NCBI GenBank assembly: GCA_030599585.1
Contig: JAUVNS010000009.1
Location: 64,001-128,000 of the forward strand
Direction: 5' to 3'
DNA from: Promethearchaeota archaeon
GTDB taxonomy: Archaea; Asgardarchaeota; Lokiarchaeia; Sigyniarchaeales; SOKP01
DNA: 64,000 nt
This document shows positions 9,489 through 19,380 of this stretch, piece after piece. Numbering within the stretch: position 1 is the first letter of the stretch; every line of letters begins with the position of its first letter. The position numbers and the translations under genes are program-made. Under the pieces are notes generated by a model that saw nothing but the letters and a program-made list of their open reading frames with translations, had not been told where the DNA came from and did not search any database.

Positions 9489-10796
9489 ATGAGTTATAAA
9501 AGAAAAACAACAAGGAATGTTAGGCCTGGGAGAAAAAGGGAGAAGTGGACAGATATCTTACCGAGGTACCTTACATTTTTAACTCATATGCGCCCAATAC
9601 TAAGAGAAACAAGAAGGATAATAATTGATTTGGATGCCGACCTTCTTTTAGATACAGAAATTCTAGACAAAATTCGGGAAGAAGAAGAAAAGCGAAATTT
9701 TAGAAAAGTAAGAGCTTTATCAGAATTTTCCGCAATGTACAGGTCAAATATCTATGAAATTATAAAAGATTTCTTAGTTAAATATAGGAATCAAATACCT
9801 ATCCTTGATATTAAAGATTATATTATTGAATTCTTATACGAATCAATCGGGGCTCTGAATACTTTGTCACACATCACTAACCCAGACGAAGCAAATTTAG
9901 AAAACACATATCTTTATGTTTTAGCTAAGTTCATTGAAGAACGACTCTTCTCTCGAGGTAGAAATTTAAGTATTATATATAGTACCTTATTAGGTTATTC
10001 TTCAGATTTATACGATTGTCAGAGACATATGCTCCAACCACATACTTATTATCGTGAAAAATTAGAATCCTCTGATTTATTTGAAATTCCTGGAATATCC
10101 CCTAAAGTTTACAATATTATCAATAACGTAACCTCACTTTTTAATTTGGATCCGAATTTCGGAGAATTCCCTGAACGAGAAAATCAGGAACTGCCAATGA
10201 TATTAAAACCTGAAGTATTCGATCCTTATATTGATTCTATAGCAAATGCAGAAGAAGAAGCTATCGTACAAATTTCTGAACGATTTGGACTGCGATTAAT
10301 AGACGGAATCTTCCTTGCTCCAAGAGAAGACCTAGTAGATTTACTAACAGAAAATAATTTTTTGCGAAAAAATTCACAATCAGATGGAAAAGTACGATTA
10401 ATACCTCAACTAAGCAATGAAAGCTTATTTCTCTATTATTTAGCTTTCGCATCCCAGAGAAGAGGTTTTTTATCGAAAGAATTAATAAATTGGATTTCAA
10501 TGAATTTCGCTTTTTTAATTTATATGGGTATTTTGAAGTGGAAGTTGTCAGATCAAAATATTTTCTATCCTATCTTTAAGGATTTACAGACAAATGAGAA
10601 GATTTTACCTTATTTAATGAAACTTCTCTGTTTTCCTAACTATCTAAGTATTGATAAAATGAAAATACGGGATTCTCCACAATATAGAAAAGAAATTTTT
10701 AACTTTATTGGTTCTCAAATCGATAATCTTAAAGATTTTATCTCAGAAATAGCTGAATTTTGTGAAAAGTTTGATAAAGAAAGAAAAAATAACTAA
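9489..10796 (+). CDS. Hypothetical protein with basic N-terminus
   Basis: ~435 aa ORF in operon. Confidence 0.8.
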   Translation: MSYKRKTTRNVRPGRKREKWTDILPRYLTFLTHMRPILRETRRIIIDLDADLLLDTEILDKIREEEEKRNFRKVRALSEFSAMYRSNIYEIIKDFLVKYRNQIPILDIKDYIIEFLYESIGALNTLSHITNPDEANLENTYLYVLAKFIEERLFSRGRNLSIIYSTLLGYSSDLYDCQRHMLQPHTYYREKLESSDLFEIPGISPKVYNIINNVTSLFNLDPNFGEFPERENQELPMILKPEVFDPYIDSIANAEEEAIVQISERFGLRLIDGIFLAPREDLVDLLTENNFLRKNSQSDGKVRLIPQLSNESLFLYYLAFASQRRGFLSKELINWISMNFAFLIYMGILKWKLSDQNIFYPIFKDLQTNEKILPYLMKLLCFPNYLSIDKMKIRDSPQYRKEIFNFIGSQIDNLKDFISEIAEFCEKFDKERKNN

Positions 10797-10812
10797 ATTA
10801 GAATAAAAAGAG

Positions 10813-11931
10813 ATGAGAAAAATGAGCAATTCAAAAGATGATGGAGACGGGAAGATAACTTTCACCGAAGACGTCATTAAAAGTAGGTTAGGTAAATATG
10901 GAGCGGTATATTTTCCTTCCGCCATACAAGAATCAATAGATGATATTCTAGGTAATGAGAATATAAAAGAAATTTTACACGATTTCTTTAAAGCTTTGAA
11001 GAAATACTATGAATTTAGTAAACGATTAAAGGGAGCAAAACTCAACCCGAGTTTAACCGTTCTCTTGTATGGCCCACCAGGTACAGGTAAAACTTCTCTA
11101 ACAAGAGGGTTTGCAAAGCATTACGATATTCCATTATGTGTAGTAGAAACTGATAGGTTAGTTTCTCCATTGCTAGGAGATACTATTAAACAAATCAGGA
11201 ATGTCGTGGATTTAGCAGCAGAGATAGCAAAGGAACGTGGTAATTTTATCCTTTTCTTTGACGAAATAGATGCTATAGGCTCCGAAAGATCTAATATTCA
11301 TGAAGTAGGTGAGATCAAACGAGCTGTTATTTCATTTTTACAAGTAATTGATAGAATAAATTATGAGGGAGTACCCTTAGCAATTTTTGGGGCTACCAAC
11401 CATCAAAATCAACTAGACTCAGCGATTTGGAGGCGGTTCACGTTTCACTTTAGCTTTGAATTCCCAGAATATCCTCTGAGAAAAAAAATAATTGAATCAT
11501 TCCTTGCTAAAGTTAAAAATGCGAAAATCGGCGTTGATAACTCAATATACACCAATTTAGCCAAAGAATACGAAATGATTCAAAAGATACATAGTAATCT
11601 TACAAGTAAACTAGGATACGAAATCTCTGAGTTTAGTGATACTCTACTTTGGGACGAAATCAATAAAATCAGCAAAAACCAAGGATTGTTAGAGCTTACA
11701 ATAGGATTTTCAGGTTCAGATATTGAAAGAGGAACGAAAGTATCGCTCTTAAAAGCTATTAATACAGAACGCTTAACTTACGATTTATTTTACAATTCTC
11801 TAAAATTAGTGGGAGGGACCGCTATACATGTTGAAAGACAAGATATTTTAACCGATTCAAAACAAAATTTTTTAAAATCTTCGAAAAATGAGCAGAAAAA
11901 ACGCTATATGAAAAGTCCTCCAGAAATCTAA
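10813..11931 (+). CDS. Classical-clade AAA+ ATPase (single domain)
   Basis: Walker A GPPGTGKT, Walker B FFDEID, GATN..LDSAIWRRF (SRH), GFSGSDI. Confidence 0.92.
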   Translation: MRKMSNSKDDGDGKITFTEDVIKSRLGKYGAVYFPSAIQESIDDILGNENIKEILHDFFKALKKYYEFSKRLKGAKLNPSLTVLLYGPPGTGKTSLTRGFAKHYDIPLCVVETDRLVSPLLGDTIKQIRNVVDLAAEIAKERGNFILFFDEIDAIGSERSNIHEVGEIKRAVISFLQVIDRINYEGVPLAIFGATNHQNQLDSAIWRRFTFHFSFEFPEYPLRKKIIESFLAKVKNAKIGVDNSIYTNLAKEYEMIQKIHSNLTSKLGYEISEFSDTLLWDEINKISKNQGLLELTIGFSGSDIERGTKVSLLKAINTERLTYDLFYNSLKLVGGTAIHVERQDILTDSKQNFLKSSKNEQKKRYMKSPPEI

Positions 11932-11978
11932 GATATTTTTTTTTAAATACGAATAAAAAAATAAATTTACTTGAAAAA

Positions 11979-13013
11979 ATGGAAATAGAATTATTTAACC
12001 TTGAAAAGATAAAGGGATTAACCGCCCCCATTAAAGCTTTACAAGGAAGAGTCAACCAAGTATCAAATCTCGTAAAAAATATAGAACCTGACCAAAAATT
12101 AGCTTCATCTTATTACGGAAACAATTTACTTTTTAAAGAACTCGAACAATTAACAAAATATGTAGATAAAATCAATGATAATTTAAAGATTGTCTCAAAC
12201 AATAACATTAACAAATTTTTAAAATTGAAAAACTACTTAATCAATAAATACAAGCAATCAATTAAAGATAGCTTGAAAACCATTGATTTGGACAATGAAA
12301 ATTTAACACAGATTGGCCTATCATTAATTGAAAATAAATCAATTAGTAAAATAATTGAAAGAATAACGTACATTCCTTCTGTCACCATTAAACAGTGGCT
12401 TGATTTATTAGATGCTTTAAATCAGAACACGATTTTCCTAAAATCTGTTGACAATTTAAGAGAACACTATAAAACAATTTTACAGGACAAATTAAAAAAG
12501 GAACTGGCAAAAATACCCCGTAATGTAGAATCTTTCACAATCGAAGATTTTAAAAGACAATTTCATATCACACCTGAGTTAACCTATGATAAATTCATTC
12601 AATCGATTGAACATAAACTTACTGAAGAAGAATTAAAATCGAAGAAAGAGCTCTTGGAAAAAAAAAAAGAAAAACAAAAGATTGAAGACCTAAAAAAACA
12701 ACAGGAAGAGCAAACGGAATCTTATGATAGTTATTTAAAATTCTCAAATAAAGAATTCGAAAGAAGATTGCGAAAACAGAAACGCGAAAAATTGACTGAT
12801 ATTAGCGACACGGAAAACAAGAAGGACATTGAAATAACAGAAGAAATCTCCCAGAAAATCGAGATGTTTAAAAAACAAATGGATAAAAGATCACAAGACC
12901 AACACATTAATCTCGGTGATCCTAGCGCAGACCCAATAAAATTAATTAGGGAAAGAAAAAGAAAAAAAAAGGAAGAGTATGACGAGTTTAAGGATCATTT
13001 TGAAAGCGATTAA
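11979..13013 (+). CDS. Coiled-coil hypothetical protein
   Basis: 344 aa, charged helical C-terminus. Confidence 0.75.
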   Translation: MEIELFNLEKIKGLTAPIKALQGRVNQVSNLVKNIEPDQKLASSYYGNNLLFKELEQLTKYVDKINDNLKIVSNNNINKFLKLKNYLINKYKQSIKDSLKTIDLDNENLTQIGLSLIENKSISKIIERITYIPSVTIKQWLDLLDALNQNTIFLKSVDNLREHYKTILQDKLKKELAKIPRNVESFTIEDFKRQFHITPELTYDKFIQSIEHKLTEEELKSKKELLEKKKEKQKIEDLKKQQEEQTESYDSYLKFSNKEFERRLRKQKREKLTDISDTENKKDIEITEEISQKIEMFKKQMDKRSQDQHINLGDPSADPIKLIRERKRKKKEEYDEFKDHFESD

Positions 13014-13026
13014 ATACTAAAGTGGA

Positions 13027-14649
13027 GTGAAATTACGCATTAATAAAAAAAGGACTGAGATTATTGTAGGAGAAAATAAGATCTTTATAGAAGATCGATA
13101 TACTTTAGTACAAGGGAAATTTAAGCTTAATCAATTTCATGAATATTATAATGACGATTATCTTAAGATTCAAGAAAATTTGGATTTAATTCCAGTAGAA
13201 AAATTTATCAAAGTAATTTCAAACGAATCAAATAGCTTATCAGGCTTAACAAATTTTACCAAAATACTAGATCTCTTATCTGGTTATAGTAAGATTGTTG
13301 AAAATAATCTAGAAATCTATGTAAAATTTAGCGAAAATATAGAAATTTTGCATACCCTCTTTAAATTGATCTATTTCTCAACAAAAATGAAAACCCTGTC
13401 TAAAGAGTTAGAATTATCAAAAATTCGTAATCTTTCGAGCGATATCTTAGCTACTGCAGATTTAATGAAAAGTTTGGCAGAATCTATAAACAACAACAAG
13501 GTCAAATCGTCCTACATCAAAGAAGATTATTTTCAACGGAAAAATCAAATTGACAAAATCAAGAAAGATCAAACAATTTATGAAACACTAATTCAAGATC
13601 AATCCCAAATTAAAAAAAATTGTTTTGATCAAATCAATAAAATCACTAGGCAATTAGAGGGCTCAAAAACAGAAAATGAAAATGAATCGTTTTTACGGTT
13701 AGGTATTGATACAAATTTAACAAATTCAGAGAAGATAAGAGCCCTTCAAAAAAGAGCAAAAGATACGCAATATGAAATTAACAAGATTAGGCTAAGATCA
13801 AAACAATCACAAGCAGAATTCGAAGAATTATCGCCAAATTATGAAATTTACAGAATTGATTATGAAGAAATTTTAGAAGCCATAAACGAAGACGAGAAGA
13901 AATTGAGACAAGTTCAAAAGGACTATGAAAAAAAAGTTATGGAAAATAAAGAGTTTCAATTTGGAGAGACTAAAGAGTTACTCTCACGACCTATTAGGCC
14001 ATCTTTAGAGATTGAACAAGAACTAAAAAATGTTGAAACTGAATTAGATAATTTATCGTTTCCTGTTAATTTAAATAAGAAAAACTTACCAAGTAAAATA
14101 CCTATAATAACAGAGAAGTTTAAAGAAATTGATGCTATCCTTAGAAATAACGATGATTATATAAATATTAACGCAAATGAAGAAGAAATCGAAGAATTTT
14201 TTGAAAATTTTCGTATTTTTGAGAATCTTCTTAAGAACTTTGAAAATATTGCGAATAAGTTTCTAAAAACAATTCAACTCCAAGTACAGTTTAACCTCGT
14301 TACAAACCAAATGAACACTGCTTTTTTGATAAAGACGGATTTCACAAGAAATTTTAAAATTAAAGTAAGTTTTGAGAATTTAACTACTCCTGAAAAAATT
14401 TTTTTCCTAATAAGTTTTTTTATCTCGTTTAAAGTTTTGTTAAATTCAAAAAATATTATTTTTTCAAATTTATTCATTCTTCCGGTATATAATAAAGGTG
14501 GTTCAATATATAGAACCATCAGGAAAATTATCCCTTTATTTGAAACTGACGAAAATTTATCTGATGTGAGTATTATATTGCTTATGTCAAATCTAATGTT
14601 GAAAAAAGATATCGAAAAATTGAAAATTATAAAAGTAAATGAGAGTTGA
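13027..14649 (+). CDS. Long coiled-coil protein with degenerate SMC/Rad50-like C-terminal head
   Basis: ~300 aa coiled coil, then ANKFLKTIQLQVQFNL...FENLTTPEKIFFLISF (LSGGEK position); no Walker A. Confidence 0.55.
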   Translation: MKLRINKKRTEIIVGENKIFIEDRYTLVQGKFKLNQFHEYYNDDYLKIQENLDLIPVEKFIKVISNESNSLSGLTNFTKILDLLSGYSKIVENNLEIYVKFSENIEILHTLFKLIYFSTKMKTLSKELELSKIRNLSSDILATADLMKSLAESINNNKVKSSYIKEDYFQRKNQIDKIKKDQTIYETLIQDQSQIKKNCFDQINKITRQLEGSKTENENESFLRLGIDTNLTNSEKIRALQKRAKDTQYEINKIRLRSKQSQAEFEELSPNYEIYRIDYEEILEAINEDEKKLRQVQKDYEKKVMENKEFQFGETKELLSRPIRPSLEIEQELKNVETELDNLSFPVNLNKKNLPSKIPIITEKFKEIDAILRNNDDYININANEEEIEEFFENFRIFENLLKNFENIANKFLKTIQLQVQFNLVTNQMNTAFLIKTDFTRNFKIKVSFENLTTPEKIFFLISFFISFKVLLNSKNIIFSNLFILPVYNKGGSIYRTIRKIIPLFETDENLSDVSIILLMSNLMLKKDIEKLKIIKVNES

Positions 14650-15170
14650 TGAGAGATCAAATGGAAACTGTGAATTTTGAAGATATTGTGAAAAATATCG
14701 CTAAAATTGTCATAACAAGCCCACAAAAAATGATTAGAGAAGAAGATCTTCTGATTTTAACTAAGAACTTGGATTTTGAACAGGTGATAAGCGCTGTTTA
14801 TTCAAATTTGAAAAATGTTGGGTTTGAATTTATCAAATCAAGGTTTTTAGATCAAAATTATTACATTTTAACTTCTGAAGGAAAAGATGATAGAGTTACT
14901 CCATCACAATACGGAACTCTAGCCCTAATCCTTGCGCTTAGCAAAGAATTGGATGAAAACTTAGACATAAATGATCTAAAAAATATTTTTAAAGAAGTAT
15001 GGAATACTGATATGAAATTTTTAATCGAAAACGATTATTTAAGGAAAATCGAAGATCAAAACATACTAAAAATAACGCCATTAGGAAAAGCACTTTTAAA
15101 AAATATAATTAAAGATATTGAATTAAAAAACTTGTTGGAAGCCTTTAAAAGAAAAAAAGAAACAGCTTAA
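14646..15170 (+). CDS. Tandem winged-helix protein, KITE (ScpB/Nse1/Nse3-MAGE)-like
   Basis: NLKNVGFEF..NYYILT..QYGTLALILAL..LIENDYLRK..KITPLGK pattern; overlaps upstream stop. Confidence 0.55.
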   Translation: MMRDQMETVNFEDIVKNIAKIVITSPQKMIREEDLLILTKNLDFEQVISAVYSNLKNVGFEFIKSRFLDQNYYILTSEGKDDRVTPSQYGTLALILALSKELDENLDINDLKNIFKEVWNTDMKFLIENDYLRKIEDQNILKITPLGKALLKNIIKDIELKNLLEAFKRKKETA

Positions 15171-15193
15171 AGTTAAAAAAATAATAGATTTAC

Positions 15194-15613
15194 TTAATCC
15201 TTGTCTAAATCGATATTAAATTGGTCGTAAATTTTTTTCACGCGATCAGCAGAAGGGCCAGTACCTCTCACACCGTCTTCATTTACGATAATTTTCCCAT
15301 TTAAAATTGAAATAATGTTTTGTTCTTCTATGTAATTTACATGCCCTTTAGAAAAAATTGTTGCAATTCTGTCTGCTAACGCTGCCATAGGAAACGGTTC
15401 TTCTTCAACAGTTACATAACGATAATACGAACTTCTAATCATTAGTTTTGGGAAAACTTTACCTTTTTCATTTTTAACATTTGTAAGAATGAGATTACTG
15501 TCCTCTGAAACTCCTTTGAGTTGTCCTACGAAGAATTTATCATTATCAAGATAAACTTTAACAATTTTATCAATCAATAAACCTAATTCGGTATTATATT
15601 GCCTTAAACTGAT
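15194..15613 (-). CDS. Lsm/Sm-like protein with C-terminal domain (SmAP3 type); probable ATC start at 15613
   Basis: KIVKVYL..FVGQLKGV..SNLILTNV..LMIRSS Sm motifs; in-frame helix SLRQYNTELGL upstream of TTG 15577. Confidence 0.85.
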   Translation of the reverse strand: MSLRQYNTELGLLIDKIVKVYLDNDKFFVGQLKGVSEDSNLILTNVKNEKGKVFPKLMIRSSYYRYVTVEEEPFPMAALADRIATIFSKGHVNYIEEQNIISILNGKIIVNEDGVRGTGPSADRVKKIYDQFNIDLDKD

Positions 15614-15620
15614 ATTTCAA

Positions 15621-15625
15621 CACCT
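15621..15625 (-). promoter_or_regulatory. Shine-Dalgarno AGGTG 7 nt before ATC
   Basis: gaAGGTGttgaaatATCagt. Confidence 0.55.
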
Positions 15626-15709
15626 TCAATAAATAATAATTTGTACTATATTATTATATTCATTTACTTTTATTTTTAATTTAATTTCTACATCATAAAT
15701 TTATGCATT

Positions 15710-16369
15710 TTAATTGGAAAATAGTTCCTTTATTAATTCGGATATATTCTCTTCTGTAATAGCACTGGTTGTAATCACTTTAATATTCGGGTTTATTTCA
15801 ATAGCATCCCTAATCATTTCATCGAGATTGACATCTATAACATCAATTAGATCTATTTTATTTATGATTGCTATATCAGAAAATTTAAACAGCATAGGGT
15901 GTTTACGAATTACCCATGGGCCTTCAGTAATTGAGACTACTACAATCCGCTTATCAGTTCCTAAAATAAAATCTGAGGGGCAAATTAGATTACCCACATT
16001 TTCTATAAAAACAACATCAAAATTATTTAAATTATAATTTTTTAATACTTGAGAGATATGATATGAATTTAAGGCACATTCTCTACCTGTGTTAATCTGA
16101 ACGGTCTTAACGCCATATTTTTCAATGCGATCAGCATCTATTCGAGTGACAACATCCCCATTAATAACTAAAACTCGCTTATTTCTTGAGATATTTTTCG
16201 AAATTGATTCCAATAAAGCAGTTTTTCCTGCACCTATAGCTCCAACAATATCAAAGGACAAAATATTATGTTTTTTGAATATTTCTTTATTTCGAGCCGC
16301 TAGATTCTCATTGTGTTCAATTAAATCCTCGTTTAATTCAATAACTTTTGATAATCCATCTTCAGGCAT
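15710..16369 (-). CDS. hypB: Hydrogenase nickel incorporation GTPase HypB
   Basis: GAIGAGKT, DADRI, QINTGREC, ENVGNLICP, NKID. Confidence 0.92.
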   Translation of the reverse strand: MPEDGLSKVIELNEDLIEHNENLAARNKEIFKKHNILSFDIVGAIGAGKTALLESISKNISRNKRVLVINGDVVTRIDADRIEKYGVKTVQINTGRECALNSYHISQVLKNYNLNNFDVVFIENVGNLICPSDFILGTDKRIVVVSITEGPWVIRKHPMLFKFSDIAIINKIDLIDVIDVNLDEMIRDAIEINPNIKVITTSAITEENISELIKELFSN

Positions 16370-16448
16370 ATTATTTTAATGATTTAATTAAATTAAGATA
16401 AAAAAAATAAGATGTAATCGTTGATATTTTTTACTAATCAAAAAAAAT

Positions 16449-17381
16449 TCACATAAACATTCTATACTTATAAACCAAATATGATCCTACCACTCCACCT
16501 AATTCAGGGAGATAGTAGAGAAAAGATAGGAATGAACCACTTAACCCAAATAGTAATCCGGGAATTAATCTAAATAGAATAATCATAAGTAAGAAACTCT
16601 TTCCACTCATCCTGATGGGAATTATTACTACGCGTGCTTTTAATCTTTGATTCATTGCAGGGAAAATTGTAAAAGTAAACAAACCGTATAACCCCCCCCA
16701 AACTAATCCAACACTATCAAAATTAGAGGGACTATCTAAAGGATAATAAAATGTTATCCCCAGCCTCAGTATAATATAAAATAATATCGAAACAAACCCA
16801 GAAAATAAGAATAATTTCACTAAGAACTTCGTTCCAAAAGCTGTTTCAAGCATTTTCCCCATTAAAAAAGCAAAATAAAAGATTATGAATATAAGAATCA
16901 TTGAAAAGATGAAGAAATCATCGAATGGATTAATTGAATAAATAAAAAGAGACGTAATAAAAGTGTGATATGTAAATTTGTAAATTATCGCATTTAAGCT
17001 TAAAAAAACATACTCTTCTATACCCAAAATTCTAAATATTATCGCTACTATTGAAAAGGAGATAATTAGTAAAAGAATTACTTTAATACCTTGAAATTGT
17101 GATCTCTTAGACGAGTATCTGCGTATTTGCTTTGCAGATTTTTTCTCCTGCCTTTCTTGTCTTCTAATATATTTACTCACATTTATTGTTCCTTTATTTG
17201 TATCACTATGGTTAAGCTTAGATTCTTTAAGAGCTGAAGTTATGATAGGAATATGTTTTGATTCAAAACTACATTGGTGATTCTCAGGTAATCGATGTTC
17301 TTTACAATAAGCTCCTCCGCAATACTTGCATTTAAATGGTAAGAATGGTATTTTTTCTCCACAATGTTCGCAAAATGTCAT
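16449..17381 (-). CDS. AN1 zinc finger + rhomboid-like membrane domain, likely pseudoprotease
   Basis: CEHC..CKYCGGAYCKEHRLPENHQC; 6 hydrophobic segments; GLVWGG and PELGG replace GxSG and xHLGG. Confidence 0.75.
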   Translation of the reverse strand: MTFCEHCGEKIPFLPFKCKYCGGAYCKEHRLPENHQCSFESKHIPIITSALKESKLNHSDTNKGTINVSKYIRRQERQEKKSAKQIRRYSSKRSQFQGIKVILLLIISFSIVAIIFRILGIEEYVFLSLNAIIYKFTYHTFITSLFIYSINPFDDFFIFSMILIFIIFYFAFLMGKMLETAFGTKFLVKLFLFSGFVSILFYIILRLGITFYYPLDSPSNFDSVGLVWGGLYGLFTFTIFPAMNQRLKARVVIIPIRMSGKSFLLMIILFRLIPGLLFGLSGSFLSFLYYLPELGGVVGSYLVYKYRMFM

Positions 17382-17532
17382 GAAATATTCCTTATAGTCT
17401 ACAAATCGTATTACTAATTATCAAGTATTTCTATTTAAGTTTACTTTCTTACATTTTTAAAATTTCGATCCTTGATAATTATTCTTATAAATTTATTCGT
17501 GATTCTTCATATCCTAATCAATGTAAAGAAAA

Positions 17533-18513
17533 TTAAATGTAAAGTCCTACTGGTGAATTAATAAGAAGTAAGGTCAATATTAACATAATAACCAACGAAC
17601 TCGTTAAGCCAATATAGACTCTTTTATTCCATTTCCATATATTTTGTCCATCTAATATCCCAATAGGAATCATATTAAAAGCTCCAAGCATAAAATTGAA
17701 GTAGGATGCATAACCAATGAAAAAATTCAAAGGATAGAGTGTATTAGGTATAAGTAGAGATATAATTAATAAAATCGAACCATAAATCAAATTAACTATT
17801 GGTCCTGCTGCTTTACATAGTCCTGTCTTTCTGTTTATTTTATCTAATCCTAATACCACGACTGCACCAGGGAGAGCTAGCATTGGAAACGTACTAGATG
17901 AACTTATTAAACTAATAAAGCCCATAACAAGGCTTAAAGTCGTTAAAAGCATCCCAAATGTAAGTAAGCGAAATTTTGTTTGAAGCCCAAAACGAATCGC
18001 TACTTGACGATGGCCAAATTCGTGGAAAAGAAATGCAGTCATATAAAAGCCAGCAAGCATAAAAAGAGCCCAAATATAACCCGAATCGATAATCTGATTA
18101 TAGAATGAAATTATTCCAATCAAAAAAATTAAGCTACATCCAATTATAAAATGAAGTAATTCAGATTTATGTGCCAATAATATTCCTTTAAAATTAATGC
18201 CAGAATCAGGATCAAAAGCGTTTTCCGGTACTGCTTGCTCTTGACGATACCACGTATAAGTTCCATCAGTTGTTCCTCGCGTGGTAGTTTCTGTAAAACT
18301 ACTTTGTTCTGTAAATGACGGAGTTGTTTGTGATGGAGCTGCATATTGAGGAGTCAATTGTGATGTCGCATGAGAAGTATAATTCAAGCTCTCTACGACA
18401 ATATTACATTCGTGATCAATAGGATCTTTATGCAACGAGCAATACGATTGGCCACATTTAGAACAACCATACAATTCGGAGTTTTCGGTACCACAATGAT
18501 AGCATTTTGGCAT
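17533..18513 (-). CDS. AN1 zinc finger + M50/site-2 intramembrane metalloprotease
   Basis: CYHC..CSKCGQSYCSLHKDPIDHEC; HEFGH, AGP, FNMIPIGILDG. Confidence 0.88.
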   Translation of the reverse strand: MPKCYHCGTENSELYGCSKCGQSYCSLHKDPIDHECNIVVESLNYTSHATSQLTPQYAAPSQTTPSFTEQSSFTETTTRGTTDGTYTWYRQEQAVPENAFDPDSGINFKGILLAHKSELLHFIIGCSLIFLIGIISFYNQIIDSGYIWALFMLAGFYMTAFLFHEFGHRQVAIRFGLQTKFRLLTFGMLLTTLSLVMGFISLISSSSTFPMLALPGAVVVLGLDKINRKTGLCKAAGPIVNLIYGSILLIISLLIPNTLYPLNFFIGYASYFNFMLGAFNMIPIGILDGQNIWKWNKRVYIGLTSSLVIMLILTLLLINSPVGLYI

Positions 18514-18737
18514 TTTTTATTGGTTCACTTTTTTTAACTATTTAAGAAGAACTTAGATATGATATAAAATTCAACATTAATAATATTAAGTTTAGATAAT
18601 TTGGAATTCGTTTTTTAGTATATTTTAATAAACTCCAATAGATTGTTAAATTCAGTGATTTCTCCCCCGTTCTTAATTACCATAAAATAATTAAATTACA
18701 ATTTACATACTTATTTATACAAAGTAACTAAAAACAG

Positions 18738-18992
18738 TTGATTATTACGGGGAAAAAAACAGTTTATTGCCCAACATGCGAAAAAAGTGTCATTCTTAGA
18801 AGGAAGAATTTTGAACATATCTACCACGAAATACTTTGCTTCTCCGTCATCTTAACGATGGGTTTAGGCTTCATACTTTATTTAATCTTGAAATACAGCA
18901 AACCCAAAAACAGATGCCCAAATTGCGAGGCAGAATTCGATCTTAGCAATCTTTCAGATCGTAAAATTCTTGAAAAAGATGTTTCTAGTTAG
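18738..18992 (+). CDS. LITAF-like Zn-ribbon membrane protein
   Basis: CPTC - hydrophobic stretch - CPNC. Confidence 0.6.
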   Translation: MIITGKKTVYCPTCEKSVILRRKNFEHIYHEILCFSVILTMGLGFILYLILKYSKPKNRCPNCEAEFDLSNLSDRKILEKDVSS

Positions 18993-18995
18993 AAT

Positions 18996-19250
18996 TTACT
19001 GAACTTTCATTTCGTTTTTGCATCGTGGACAAATACGATCTTTTTCTGATAAATCCTTTTTCACTATCGTCTTTTTGTATTTACATTTTGGTTTAGAGCA
19101 GATAAGAACAAATTTCGTTAATTTGGTTGGTGGTTTTTCACCTTTCTTTTCTATCGGCTGAGTCTTAGGTTTTCTTGTTGATCCTGCGTCTTCTTTTTTC
19201 TCAGATTTTTTCACAGTTTCTTCTGGTTTTATCCACTTATCCAATCCCAA
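18996..19250 (-). CDS. Small Zn-ribbon protein
   Basis: MGLDKW N-terminus; CSKPKC..CPRC. Confidence 0.65.
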   Translation of the reverse strand: MGLDKWIKPEETVKKSEKKEDAGSTRKPKTQPIEKKGEKPPTKLTKFVLICSKPKCKYKKTIVKKDLSEKDRICPRCKNEMKVQ

Positions 19251-19380
19251 TTCTGAGTCACTTCATCATCTTTAACTGTTAAATTTCCACTAATAAAAAT
19301 AAAGTAATTACTCACAATATATAACTCTCAGTAATTAATATAAAATAAATAAAAAAAATGTCACTAATCGACATTAAAAA

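Noticed and set aside
10813-11931. Vps4/ESCRT assignment for the AAA ATPase
   Set aside because: No MIT domain and no ESCRT-III neighbours recognised
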